A stretch of DNA of 64,000 bases, from NCBI RefSeq assembly GCF_009914755.1, contig NC_060941.1. One strand, written 5' to 3'. This DNA is from the human T2T-CHM13v2.0 reference genome, Homo sapiens. Position numbers and translations under genes: made by a program. Below the pieces are notes generated by a model that was not told the origin of the DNA, made no database searches, and saw nothing but the letters and a program-made list of their open reading frames with translations. Position 1 is the stretch's first letter. Every line of letters begins with the position of its first letter. Below are positions 12,746 to 24,614 of the stretch, piece by piece.

Positions 12746-13175
12746 TTAGAAATGTTCTATATTCCTTCTAGAAGCATATGGAAATTATTTTTATTTTTGC
12801 TTAATACCACCAATAAAGCTGAATTCATAGAAAGCAAATATTTGGGGTGTCTCCAATTGCACAGTAACAATAGAGCTTGAATTTTATATGGATATATTTA
12901 CTCACACACAGGAAGACACCGCTTTCTAAACATGTACATGTTCGGTTCACAGGAAGCTGGGGAAACTGTGAACCGGAAATAGGCAAAGATGACACTGCAA
13001 AGTGCCTCTTGGACAGTTAAAAACTTCTTATTCTGCACCTGGGAACTATCTCAAGACAGAGACAAGTAATTCCATCGGTCATATTTTTGCTGGCAGTTTA
13101 AAAGCAAACACTGGGCCAGGTTTGACTTGCTATTGGAGTTGAAAGAATTAAGCATCTTTGGAACCTCCTACTTTT

Positions 13176-13578
<403 letters not shown>

Positions 13579-13644
13579 CTATACAGACCCTTTAGCTTAA
13601 GGAAGGAGGTGGGGCGGGACGTTGGGAAGCATGCAGAAAGGTCT

Positions 13645-13790
13645 GAGAAGGACCAGGCTCCTAGTTCTAGCTGGTTCTGCCTCCTAATTGCCCCCAGCTC
13701 CTTGTGCAAGTCACTTAACCTCTTCAGGCCTGTTTTATTTTTTTGTTTTTGTTTGTTTGTTTTTATCTCTGTACTAAGGGAATTAGTTTT
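13645..13790 (+). mobile_element. MIR fragment
   Basis: Core-like CCTTGTGCAAGTCACTTAACCTCT. Confidence 0.65.
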
Positions 13791-14183
13791 GAGCCATGTA
13801 GCTTTTTCCTGATTTAAGAGTCTCTGGGTCCCGTATGTGCTTTGGAAATTCAATTCTCAATAATCCCACAGGACAAGAGTAAATAGAAATCTTAGCCGAC
13901 TATACTAACAAAGGTGTCTTCACTACCTAGGATTAACCTAGAGACTGGCCAAGCCCACTGGAGTTTAGCTTCCATTCAGCTGATTTTACCGTCCAGCTTC
14001 AAGAGGAGCCATCACTGTAGCAGGAGGGGAGTGGGAAGGAAATCCTTCCCGAATGCTTAGGACAGGATAAAGAGGAAAGTTTTCTCACTCCTCACATAAA
14101 GTCAAAAGGGGATTTAGTTCACCAAAGGCACAACAGCCTCAATGCCCACAGGATCCAGCCAATGGTTAAAGAAAGACATAGGA

Positions 14184-14570
<387 letters not shown>

Positions 14571-16697
14571 TTATTAATGTATCTTTTCACCTCCTGACTG
14601 TGCCCATTAGCTTTTAGTCCTTCATGTTCCATGATCGCAAGTTCAAAGCAAGACATCCATGACCATCTGCCCAATACTTTATCTATACCCGCTCCAGGAG
14701 CCGCGGAAAAAAGTTAGATCCCCTTAGAAGTTTGAGAGAGCACCCTTCTACTTCACACAGCTAAAAGGAGCAAAAAGAAAACGCATGCCTCTCTCAGTTG
14801 TCCTGCATCTGAGCTGCATCATTTCAATGGAGGTAGAAATCTGATGCTTGTTTTTCCACCCTGGCTGAAGAGGTCTAAGCACCGAGGCTGTTCATCTGGG
14901 TCTCAAAGTGCACAGCCTAGGAAAATCCTGGGAAGATACTCAGGAGCTTACCCAGATCATGGGGTGCAGAGAAAGCAGCCTCGTGCTAAGTCCTCCTTAG
15001 GAAAGAGGGAACAACAGTGGATTCTTATGCATGAATCAGCGTTCCGATGATCTCGCAGGAAGACCACAATCAAAGAGAAAATTCTAAATTATAATGAGCC
15101 ATGTGTGTCTCAGTGCGACAGTCATGTTCTCCCAGACTTTGAAGTTTGTAAGGAATTTGAGAATCCAACTGGAGGTTCCGCGGGGCCACAGTGAGGGCCC
15201 CAGGGGACTGCACGAATGGGGGCCCTGCAGGCATGTGTCCTTGGTTCCCATCTATAAAATCGCCAGATTTAAACAGACAGCTGCTGTTCAAGCTCTTAAA
15301 ATGCTGTGTTGAGGGAAACGCAGGGCTGCCTCGAGCCTGCTCGCCCAGCAGTCAGTCTGATGAGAAATACAGTTGAAAGAACAAGCTGGAAAGCCAAATA
15401 CCTGTCAGGCTCTTTCACACTGCAGCATTGCCAGAAGGTCTATAAAAATGTCATTGTCTCTCAGCTGCCGGTGATTATATTACCCTTTACATTGGCTGTT
15501 GGTAATAAAAAAAAAAAGGCAAATATCATTTTTGCACTGCTCTGGCCTTCCTCTGGCCTTTTTCAAACAATAATAGACTAAATATAAAGAGACAGAAGTC
15601 ATTACTGGACTCTTTAACTAGTGCCAAGGAAAATGAATAATTAAGGAAACATTACTTGAAAGAAATTTACACGGTTGCTTTTAAGTTAGAACTAAATAAG
15701 AGCTCTTTAAAAATACATCATTTCCCCTTTATCTTAACACAGCATATGTACTCTGGCCTAATATATTATGGTGGCTACTGTTTAGATCTTACCAGGAAAG
15801 AAAAATGCTTTTAGATTCCATTATCCTATTATAAGTCCCAAATCAAACAGAGACACAGGGAAGAGATGAGGAGGCTGGGGAGGTAGAGGCTGGTCTGTTT
15901 GCACAGCTTCCTTCACGTCTGGCCTACCAACCAATATTTAATTTTGTTCACCTAGGACAGCAATTCTCAGACAGTTCTCTGACCCCCCGAACCCCCCTTT
16001 AACATCCATCTCAATTTCAGGAAGCCTAGCAATTTTTAAATAATGTGCTCAATTTTGTTCTCTGAAGTTGTCAAGAAGAGGTAAGCACAGATAACCCCTA
16101 TCTATGCCTCAGCATCTGACTTGGTGTGTGCAAGGCTGGTTCTTGTGGAGCAATAGCTCCTTTCCTAGCCCTCCTCACTTTCTGGCTCTCCCTCCCTTTC
16201 CCCATCTTGCTTCTTTCCCCTCATTTGAGTCTTTAGCCTGCCTTACACAAGGAGAATTAAACAGAGCTGGCACCAGACCCAATAGGACACTCTGTGCACC
16301 AGGCGACAACCTTGACCAGTTGGAGCGACCATAGGAAGATTGTTTAGCAGGAAGTCCAGGGCTTGGAGCCACTTTTCTCAGCCTGGTGCCATGAGAGCAG
16401 GTTGTCCTGGGGCCTCAAGCATGGCCAGTCCACCTCTGCAGTGCCAGATCCAGAGACAACCTGAAGTCTGGCAGAGTCCAGGTGTGTGGCTACTCGGTAA
16501 TGTGAGGCTGCAATAGGAGAGGCAACCTGAGTTCCTGATGTTGTCTTAGTGCACATTATGTTTCAGGCCTGAAGCATTGGGCCTTGGGAATTATCTGATC
16601 ACTTGTTCAGATAGATGTTCTGTGTCCTCTCTTCTCAAATGCCCTGACTCTCCATACCTAGGTGCTTCACGTGCCATAGCCCCACTCCTTTCCTCTC

Positions 16698-17060
16698 TGT
16701 TACAGGCTGACTTGCATCCCCCCAAAATTTATATAATGAAATCCCAACCCACTTCCTTAGAATGTAGTTGTATTTGGAGAGAAGGTCTTAAAAGAGGTGA
16801 TTAAGTGAGGCTGTTGTAGTGAGGCCCTGATCCAATATGACTGGTGTCCTTAGGGGAACAGACGCTAGGGCTCAACGGTGTGAGGAGAGAGCAAGAGGGT
16901 GGCCATTCCCAAGCCAAGGAGAGAGGCTCATAGTCTCAGGAGAAACCAAATATGTCCACATCTTGATCTTGCACTTTGCCAGAACTATGAGAGAATAAAT
17001 TTCTGTCGTTTCAGCCACTGAGTCTATGGTATTTTGTTATGGCCTAACAAAACGAATCCA
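16698..17060 (+). mobile_element. MLT1B-like MaLR solo LTR
   Basis: TG...CA ends, GTATTTGGAGA, ATCCAATATGACTGGTGTCCTTA, AATAAATTTCTGT; 5-bp TSD CTCTC/CTCTA. Confidence 0.88.
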
Positions 17061-17443
17061 CTCTACAAAGGTCAATATTTTGCCCCTTCCTGAAACATTT
17101 ATTGTATTATTAGGGATGTTATAAGCTACAACCTGGGCAACTTAGAACGACAGAAATTTAATGCCTCACAGTTCTGGAGTCTGAAGGTTCAAGATCAAGG
17201 TGTCAGCAAGGTTGGTTCCTTCTGAGGCCATGAGGGGGAAGCTGCCCCACGCCTCTCTCCCAGCTCCCGGTGGTTCACTAGTGATTTGGGTGCCCCTTAG
17301 ATTGTATGCACAACCCCCGAGCCTCCACCTCTGTCTTCACGTGGTGTTCTTCTTGTGTACTTGTCTGTCTCTGTGTCCAAATTTCACCTTTCATCAGAAC
17401 ACCTGTCATATTGAATTAGGTCCCACCCTAATGACCTCATCTT

Positions 17444-17878
17444 TCTTTTTATGGAGGTATAATTGACAAACAAAAAATGTATATTTACAGTGCACAACAC
17501 AATTTTTTCTGGTTTGGTTGTTTTTTGTTGTTGTTGTTTTGTTTTGTTTTCTTTTTGAGACAGAGTTTCCCTCTTATTGCCCAGGCTGGAGTGCATGGTG
17601 TGATCTTGGCTCACGGCAACCTCCACCTCCCAGGTTCAAGCAATTCTCCTGCGTCAGCCTCCCAAGTAGCTGGGATTACAGCCATGTACCACCATGCCCA
17701 GCTAATTTTGCATTTTTAGTAGAGATGGGGTTTCTCTATGTTGGTCAGGTTGGTCTTGAACTCCAAACCTCAGGTGATCTGCCCACCTCGGTCTCCCAAA
17801 GTGCTGGGATTACAGGCATGAGCCACCATGCCTAACCCATAACACAATGTTTTATGTATACAATGTGATGGTTAAATT
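17444..17878 (-). mobile_element. Very short 5'-truncated L1 (L1MA-type 3' end), interrupted by an Alu
   Basis: TTTTTATGGAGGTATAATTGACAAAC...TGTATATTTACAGTG; perfect 16-bp TSD CTAATGACCTCATCTT at 17428-17443 and 17879-17894. Confidence 0.8.
17504..17837 (-). mobile_element. AluSq/Sp-like, tail decayed to (GTT)n/(GTTTT)n
   Basis: Reverse Alu; TSD CA(C/T)AACACAAT at 17493-17503 and 17838-17848. Confidence 0.95.
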
Positions 17879-17962
17879 CTAATGACCTCATCTTAATTTG
17901 ATCATCTGCAAAGATCCTATTTCCAAAAAAGGTCACATCCACAGATACTTGGGTTAACACTT

Positions 17963-18565
17963 TGACAGCGGTGCAAAGCAGACAAATGGCTAGGCAGATA
18001 GGGGAGTGTCCCTGGTGAAACCCCACCTCCAAGCCAAAGACAGTTTAAAGCCTGAAAGCCAAGCTGCAAGTCAAATCCATGGACTGGATTGAGAACCTGT
18101 CTTTCCATTTGTTGCACTTTCCTCTTATTCTCCTTCACCTATTTTATATATACCTACCCTTTCCTAGTCCGTTTTTCTACACTGCTGTGCTCACCTTTGA
18201 GTGGTGTTTTTGCTTTAGCCTTTCTTTGCATACTCATGAACCAATCAGCATGCCCTCCCTATTCTGAGCCCATAAAAACCCTGGACTCAGCCACACTGAG
18301 AGACAACTCGACCTTCCCATCCCCTCTCTGCTGAGAGCTGTTTCCTCACTCAATAAAATTCTCTGCTCTCATAACCCTTCAATTTTCAGTGTGACCTCAT
18401 TCTTCTTGGATATGGGACAAGACCCACCAAACGCGGGGGCTGAGCACACAGTTGTGGCAGCCATGGGAGCTGCAGGCCAGAGCACAAGCCAGATGCATCC
18501 CAGCAGGCCAAATAGGTGGGGTGGCCCTTGCTGCATGCCCGGCAAAGGGGCCGAGAAAAATCCAA
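17963..18565 (+). mobile_element. ERV1 solo LTR (LTR27/LTR28-like)
   Basis: TGACAG...GCAGACAAAT...CTAGGCAGA...GACAGTTTAAAGCCTGAAA; CCAAT, CATAAAAA, AATAAA; ends GGCCGAGAAAAATCC; subfamily uncertain. Confidence 0.75.
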
Positions 18566-19709
18566 CATCTTCCTGGAGAACACAATTCAACTCACAGCCA
18601 CTAATTATAGAAATATACTTATGTCTAGAATGCCAATGCCAGGCAGTTATTTATGAGTAAACAAAGTGAAGCTGCCATCATTCCTTCCTCTAATACTTCC
18701 CAATCTACTCATTAATGCTTTTAGTCCCTTTATTGGAGAATAAAACTTTTCTTGGCTCAGTAAGAAAGATGATTTCACCTGCAGGTGCACCTTGAGAATC
18801 TCCACTGAAATGCACATATGCAAGAGTGGCTGTTTCCTGGCAGAAGGTGTCATGGCCAGGTAGGTGCAGGACAACTAAAGGGTTGTGGCATGAAAGGCTT
18901 GGTGATGAGGAAAAGCTGGAAGAAGCAGGAAGGAAATTGAAAGAGGTTGGGAGTTGCAGAGATTTTTGTGTGTGCTGATTCAGATCATTGTATTTTTTTC
19001 ATCCATGTGTTTTCTGTCCTGTGGACTTGGCCTTGGCACTCAGGGGAGAGAACAGTGTTTTGAAGGAGCCTCTTATGAGCGTACATGGTCCCATTAGACC
19101 TGGAACAGAGAAAATCAGAGGTGAGCAGCTGATTCTTCTGACAAGAACAAGACAGGAAAAGAAGAAGAAAGACTGGTGGAGTCTTTAAAAGCTACCTTGA
19201 CTTGTTTGTCTTGCCCAGAGGTAATTAATTATACATCATCACAGGAAAAGGCACATGTTTCGGAAATGCTCTTCAGTGAACTACATCCATTTGTGTTTTC
19301 AAGGAGTCAATCCAGGTGATTAAGGCAGAGGGAGGACTTGTATAAAGAGAAAAATCTACAAAGCAGTTTCATTCCACACGTATTTGCTCTTTCAAAGCAA
19401 ATTCAGCAGGAAATCCAAATCACTGATGCAAACCTTTGCAGTTTAATTTGTTCCCAGGGGCATACTGGGGGCCATTATCCCAGAAGCATTTACATGAAAA
19501 TCCCATTATTTAAAGTATATTCATTGTATTTCTGTTTAACCCTAGGCTGTTCATTGAGAAGTTAACAGTAAATAGGAAGAAAGTTGAGGATGATAGGAAG
19601 TAACTTTGGGGGTATTTAATGCCAACAGGAAGGACACCAGCTTGGCAGTACTTGGAGGTTATTATAAGAGTTTGTTTAAAAATCATCCACAGCAACGAGT
19701 CATGGGCTG

Positions 19710-19711
<2 letters not shown>

Positions 19712-19742
<31 letters not shown>
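19712..19742 (+). repeat. (TG)~15 microsatellite
   Basis: Seen directly. Confidence 0.98.
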
Positions 19743-19743
<1 letters not shown>

Positions 19744-20678
19744 AATCTAGGTGATTTTTTTTGAATTGGTGCTTTAGGCAGTGCCAGCCCACAAAGTCAT
19801 TGCCACTGGCCACTTCAAAATTCTGAAGTTTCCTATTTTGAGAAAATCTATTGTTTGGGACACCACTGAACTTTTGAAATCTGCATAGTAAGGCACATCA
19901 CTGCACATTAATACTTTGCTGGAGGAAGACATAAACTATCAACAAGGCAAACTATTTAAAGGACACCTTGGCATAATTTCCTTCTAGTCCAGCCCTCCTT
20001 AACACCTTAGCACACAAAGTGACATGTGTTAAATTTTTGCTGACATTGGCCCCACCAAGCACAGTCGGCCTCTGTCATACCTCAGGGATGATAGAGCAGC
20101 CATGTCTGCACTCTATTGTTGGCCGTTCATCCATCGAGCCCCTCCCTACTTCCTCTGCCTTCTCTTCCCTGGTTCATTAGAGAGGCAGTGTGAGTGCCTC
20201 TCTAACCCACACATGGCGTTTACTGTTTTACAGAAAAGGTTTCATCTTGTTCCAGTCATCTTTTGGATGAGCTTGGCAGCTGCTACACAATAGCACAGAG
20301 ACAGCAGCGAGGACCAGGCTGTGCACCCTGCAGTGGCAGGACCTCCCAGGCCACTCATACCCACTGGTAGCCCTTGCTCTGGCAGAACCAGAATTCCAGG
20401 GCTATGTTGCCTCTTCTCTTTTGAATTTGTGAACTCTTTGCCCCTGTTCTCATGAATTATGCTCATGCCTGGTTGTGCCAAAAGGAACTGACCACCTTCT
20501 ACTCTTCTAAGATGTAACCCAGGGAGATATTCTATAACTCTGCATGTGAGACCACAGGAGAACCCAACAAACTGCAGTCCCTCACCTTGCTTCTCGCTTC
20601 CTCTCCAGGTGGAGATGTGTCTTTTTTATCCACTCTTCCTAACGCCAAAGACATAGAGGAGGAGATAGTGCTCAAGGA

Positions 20679-20710
20679 ATCATCATCATCATCATCACGG
20701 TCATCATCAT
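20679..20710 (+). repeat. Interrupted (TCA)n repeat
   Basis: Seen directly. Confidence 0.9.
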
Positions 20711-21568
20711 TTAACCAGTCTAGTCCTCCAAAGGCCACTCGATGGGTTAACTCATTGTTAACCAGTTACTGTTATTAACTAGCTTCATGGTTTGTTTTAG
20801 TAGAACACAGAGCTGGACCAAAACTTTATGGGAAGCAGCCAGCCAACATGTGGCAGTACCATGAACAGAACTACCTCTGTAGGGAGCACAAAAGAAGCCA
20901 AAGACAGAATTCATAACAGCTTAAATGCTATTCAGTAGAAAAGGTATTTTTTTAAATAATAACTGAGATACCCATACAATGGAATTTATGTAGTGGTTTA
21001 AAAGAAAGAATCCATCTATTACATGGATGTATCTTTATGATGTCTTGCAAAGTAAGGATGCAAATTGAAGAACAATATATATACCATGATCCCACATGTG
21101 TTAAAATAAATATCCAAAACTATTGGCAGGGGAATTGAAAGAAAGTTTCCACGGTTTTATCTGTGCAATTTAAAGATAAGAAAGATAAGCTCTCTCCCTT
21201 GAAAAACTTCCAGTCAATGAAGGAAGGAAAGGTGAACAAATCTGACATATTTTGAAATTGTTCTCCTGCGTGTTGCAAGACATTTGACTAGAGATCACTG
21301 CAGGGAGAGCCAGGACTTGTCCCGGATACCTTCCTGTAAGGGTCAGGACTGGATGGGGTCTTTGAGGAACGGGTAAGGTTTGGAAAGATAGAGAAAAAGG
21401 AGGAAGACTGTAAGACAATGTCTTATGTTGCTGTCAGTATTGGAAGAGTGGAGCAAGAACACACTCTACCCTCCTTCTTAATCACAGCCACAAGGGGCTC
21501 CTATGCATTTTCTCACATTGGTAAAGTCATTACAGAGGTTTGCACTCCGGAAGTTAATAAAAACTCTG

Positions 21569-21706
21569 GGCTGGGCATGGTGGCACACACCTGTAATCCC
21601 AGCTACTCAGGAGGCTGAGGCAGGAGAATCACTTGAGGCCAGAGTTTGACACCAGTCTGGGCAACCTAGTGAGACCCTGTCTCTAAAAATAACAAATAAG
21701 TAATAA
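21569..21706 (+). mobile_element. FLAM / free Alu monomer
   Basis: Single monomer with degenerate A tail; perfect TSD AATAAAAACTCT at 21556-21567 and 21707-21718. Confidence 0.9.
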
Positions 21707-22903
21707 AATAAAAACTCTTGGGAACACAGATTTATGGAAGGAATAGAAATATGTATTATGCTTTCAGAACAAAGTAAAATATCCCATTTCCTTTAACATA
21801 AATATCAATATAAAGCAAAGAAAAAAAAAGCAGCAGCCCAGGTTTGAGTGTATTTTAATACACTTAATTGACTTCTGATTGTTTTCTGATAATCCATTCT
21901 CTCATTCCACTGATTACAACTATTTTAAGCAGAGGCCCATTAATTCTGTATTAATATTGCCTTTCTAATGAAAAATAGATTAAGAATAGCCTTTCTAATT
22001 GCCCTAGACTGATTCCTCCTTTTAGTTATAATATGCTGCCTAAAGCCTCCTACTTAGGGGCTCTTCCTGGTTCTAAGAACTTTTAAGTGCCTCTCAGCAG
22101 CTTCCTTGCTGTAATAAAGGCGTGTGAAGCCGGCAGTGCCTCAGCTGCACACAATTAATCCCCTACCAGGATGCTGCTGGATGAATGATTCAGCAACCTT
22201 TCAAAGGGCCTGGCTAATCTTTATGCACAGCCAACATATGTTACAACAAAGTTAATCCAACATGCAACATCAAGAAATTTAACAGATTTATTCATGGGGG
22301 AAGAAAGCACATAAGCAAATAGACGAAGGCAGGGAGGACCAAGGCAGGGTCTGTGAAGAGTAGGAACTCTGCCTGGACCCGGATAAAATGTTCTTAGGCA
22401 AACCCAGGCAAGTCCACAATTTCCACAGTCTACTGAAATCTGTTGCTTTGGAAGATAATATTATTTTCAGAAAAAAAAAGTTGTGTAGTCAAATAAGTTT
22501 GAGAAACAATGGCCTAATCAAAGTTAAACAAGTTTGTTCTCACTGCAAGACTACCCAAAACCTTTATTACTGCCAACATGCATAGTGGGTCTCCAGAAGC
22601 ACTGATAGAATTCAGCATTTCTCAAGCCTTTCTCAACCAAAGGTCCTCTGTGGTTATCATTACACATATAGTGTTTAGAAAACAATGACTTAGATCATTG
22701 AGCATATTTCCCGGGGACGTATACGTCCTAAGGCAATGTGTAATGCTCCAACGCTGAGTTCCCAGACATTGAGAACAATTGCAGTTAGCTACTTGGAGTT
22801 ATAGTAACTAGTAGGCAAGTTAAGCCAGTATACTTTGCTATGTCTAAAGTTTGGCCCTTCTTTTCCATTATAAGGCTTTTGATTATTACCATCAGATCCT
22901 CTA

Positions 22904-23069
22904 CAGCCTTACTCCTCAAAGTGTGATCCCTGAACCAGAAGGATGGGGATCACTGGGAACTTGCCAGAAATGCAGCCTCTCACCACCCCGCCCAGACCTC
23001 CTGAATCAGAATCTGCATTTGGTTGAGATTACAGGTAATGTCCACGGTGCTACAGTTTGGGAAGCTCTG
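22904..23069. mobile_element. MER5-family hAT-Charlie MITE
   Basis: CTCAAAGTGTGATCC...AGAAATGCAG...CCCAGACCTCCTGAATCAGAATCTGCATT...AGTTTGGGAAGCTCTG. Confidence 0.8.
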
Positions 23070-23332
23070 CTCTGCACTGCAGTGCTGGTTCTCTACATCA
23101 GCATGCAACTGGATCATCTGGAGAGAAGGAATGACAAGGGCCATGGTTGACATTTTGATACAGCCTCTTGACCACAGCTGTTTTGAAGCCTGAGTTTGAT
23201 CAGTCCGGAAAACAAATCATCAAAACAGATCCTCAGCTCACCGCTGGTCTCACCTTTCCTATTAGCCTGTCCTTGAAGTTCAAAACACCCCTCAGCTGTC
23301 ATCCCTAAAGTGATGGAATGGGTATTATTGTA
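23046..23332 (+). repeat. Local duplication pair 2, donor copy
   Basis: Colinear with 24281-24577, about 94% identical. Confidence 0.95.
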
Positions 23333-24280
23333 CAGTATGACTGGGTAAGACTTTTTAAACCATCCAGTTTTTACATTTTCATGTGACTGTTCTTATGCAG
23401 TGTCTGTTACCCTCAGTTTCCCAAATCAACGGAATTAGACATTCCTGCCACACTGAACTTCATGCACATAACTAGCAAAAATTGTTCTTTGAGTTTTGCA
23501 AGTAGAAGACATAGATTATGAGGAAATCATGCATTTTTTCTGCCGTAGTGAACTTGAAGCATATGTGCATTGCACAATTAAGGGTGCAGGGCTGAGTTTC
23601 TTTCTGGGATTAGGTCACAAAGCTCTTGACCAGGATTAAGAGCTCAGGCAGTGGTCACAAAACAGTTTTCATCCATGTGAGCTAACTGGGGAGTGAGCCA
23701 GCAACCTTGATCCCATTAACATTGGGCTGTAAGGAGCCTGTCTAAGGAGCTAGAGGGAAACAGATGACTATGGAAGACAGAGAGTACATATATGGCTAAA
23801 TAATTAGAAGTTTTCCCCCTTTAAAAAAAAAAAAAGAAAAAAGGAATGCACTACTTGACTGACAGAAATCAAAGTCCACGTTTTGTCTTGGCCATTCGAA
23901 CTGGTTGATTAGAATATGGTGAAAGGGGAGAGGAGAAAACATGTAAAACATTAATGTTTGAAGCATGACCCTGTAGGCTTTCAAAGCCAGTTTTTCCAGA
24001 AACCTAACTGATTGGCACAGTCTCAAACCTCTGTAGGTAATTTAAAGTTCTGGTCTACATCTGTCACTTTGCCAAGGAGCGATACATGCAAATCTTATCA
24101 TTATTAATAATAGACTTGAAACTTTTCCTGCCTAAAACCCCAGTGACGTGCTTAGAGAAACACCCATTCAATGAGTAGGACTCCTCATTTCTCTGGAGGA
24201 AGGACAGCACCGAAGGTAGGGCACATCGGACAGTCATCCCTTCCTTCCTGCTTGAAAGCCCCAGTTTCTCACATCACTAT

Positions 24281-24614
24281 GGTGCTACAGTTTGGGAGAT
24301 CCGCTCTGCACTGCAGTGCTGGTTCTGTACATCAGCATGCAACTGGATCATCTGGAGAGAAGGGATGACAAGAGCCATGGTTGATATTTTGATTCAGCCT
24401 CTTGAGCACAGCTGTTTTGAAGCCTGAGTTTGATCAATCCGGAAAACAAACCATCAAAACAAAACAGATCCTCAGCTCACCGCTGGTCTCACCTTTCCTG
24501 TTAGCCTCAGCCCATCCTTGAAATTCATAACACCCCTCTGCTGTCATTCCTAAAGTGATGGAATGAGTATTATTGTAAGGAGTAAGGCTGTAGAGGACCT
24601 AATGGTAACCATCA
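24281..24614 (+). repeat. Composite insert: direct copy of 23046-23332 plus inverted copy of 22880-22916
   Basis: 24578-24614 matches the reverse complement of 22880-22916 at 33/37; flanks CATCACTATGGT and CATCACCACGGT. Confidence 0.92.

Larger units (their letters stand above)
17103..18600 (-). mobile_element. MLT1C-like MaLR LTR, split by nested insertions (pieces ~17103-17443, 17879-17962, 18563-18600)
   Basis: CTCACAGTTCTGGAG...ATCAAGGTGTCAGCA...TAATGACCTCATCTT / CATCTGCAAAGATCCTATTTCCAAA...GGTCACAT / CACAATTCAAC. Confidence 0.8.

Noticed and set aside
20532-20778. Poly-Asp and poly-Ser ORFs
   Set aside because: Products of a short (TCA)n repeat.
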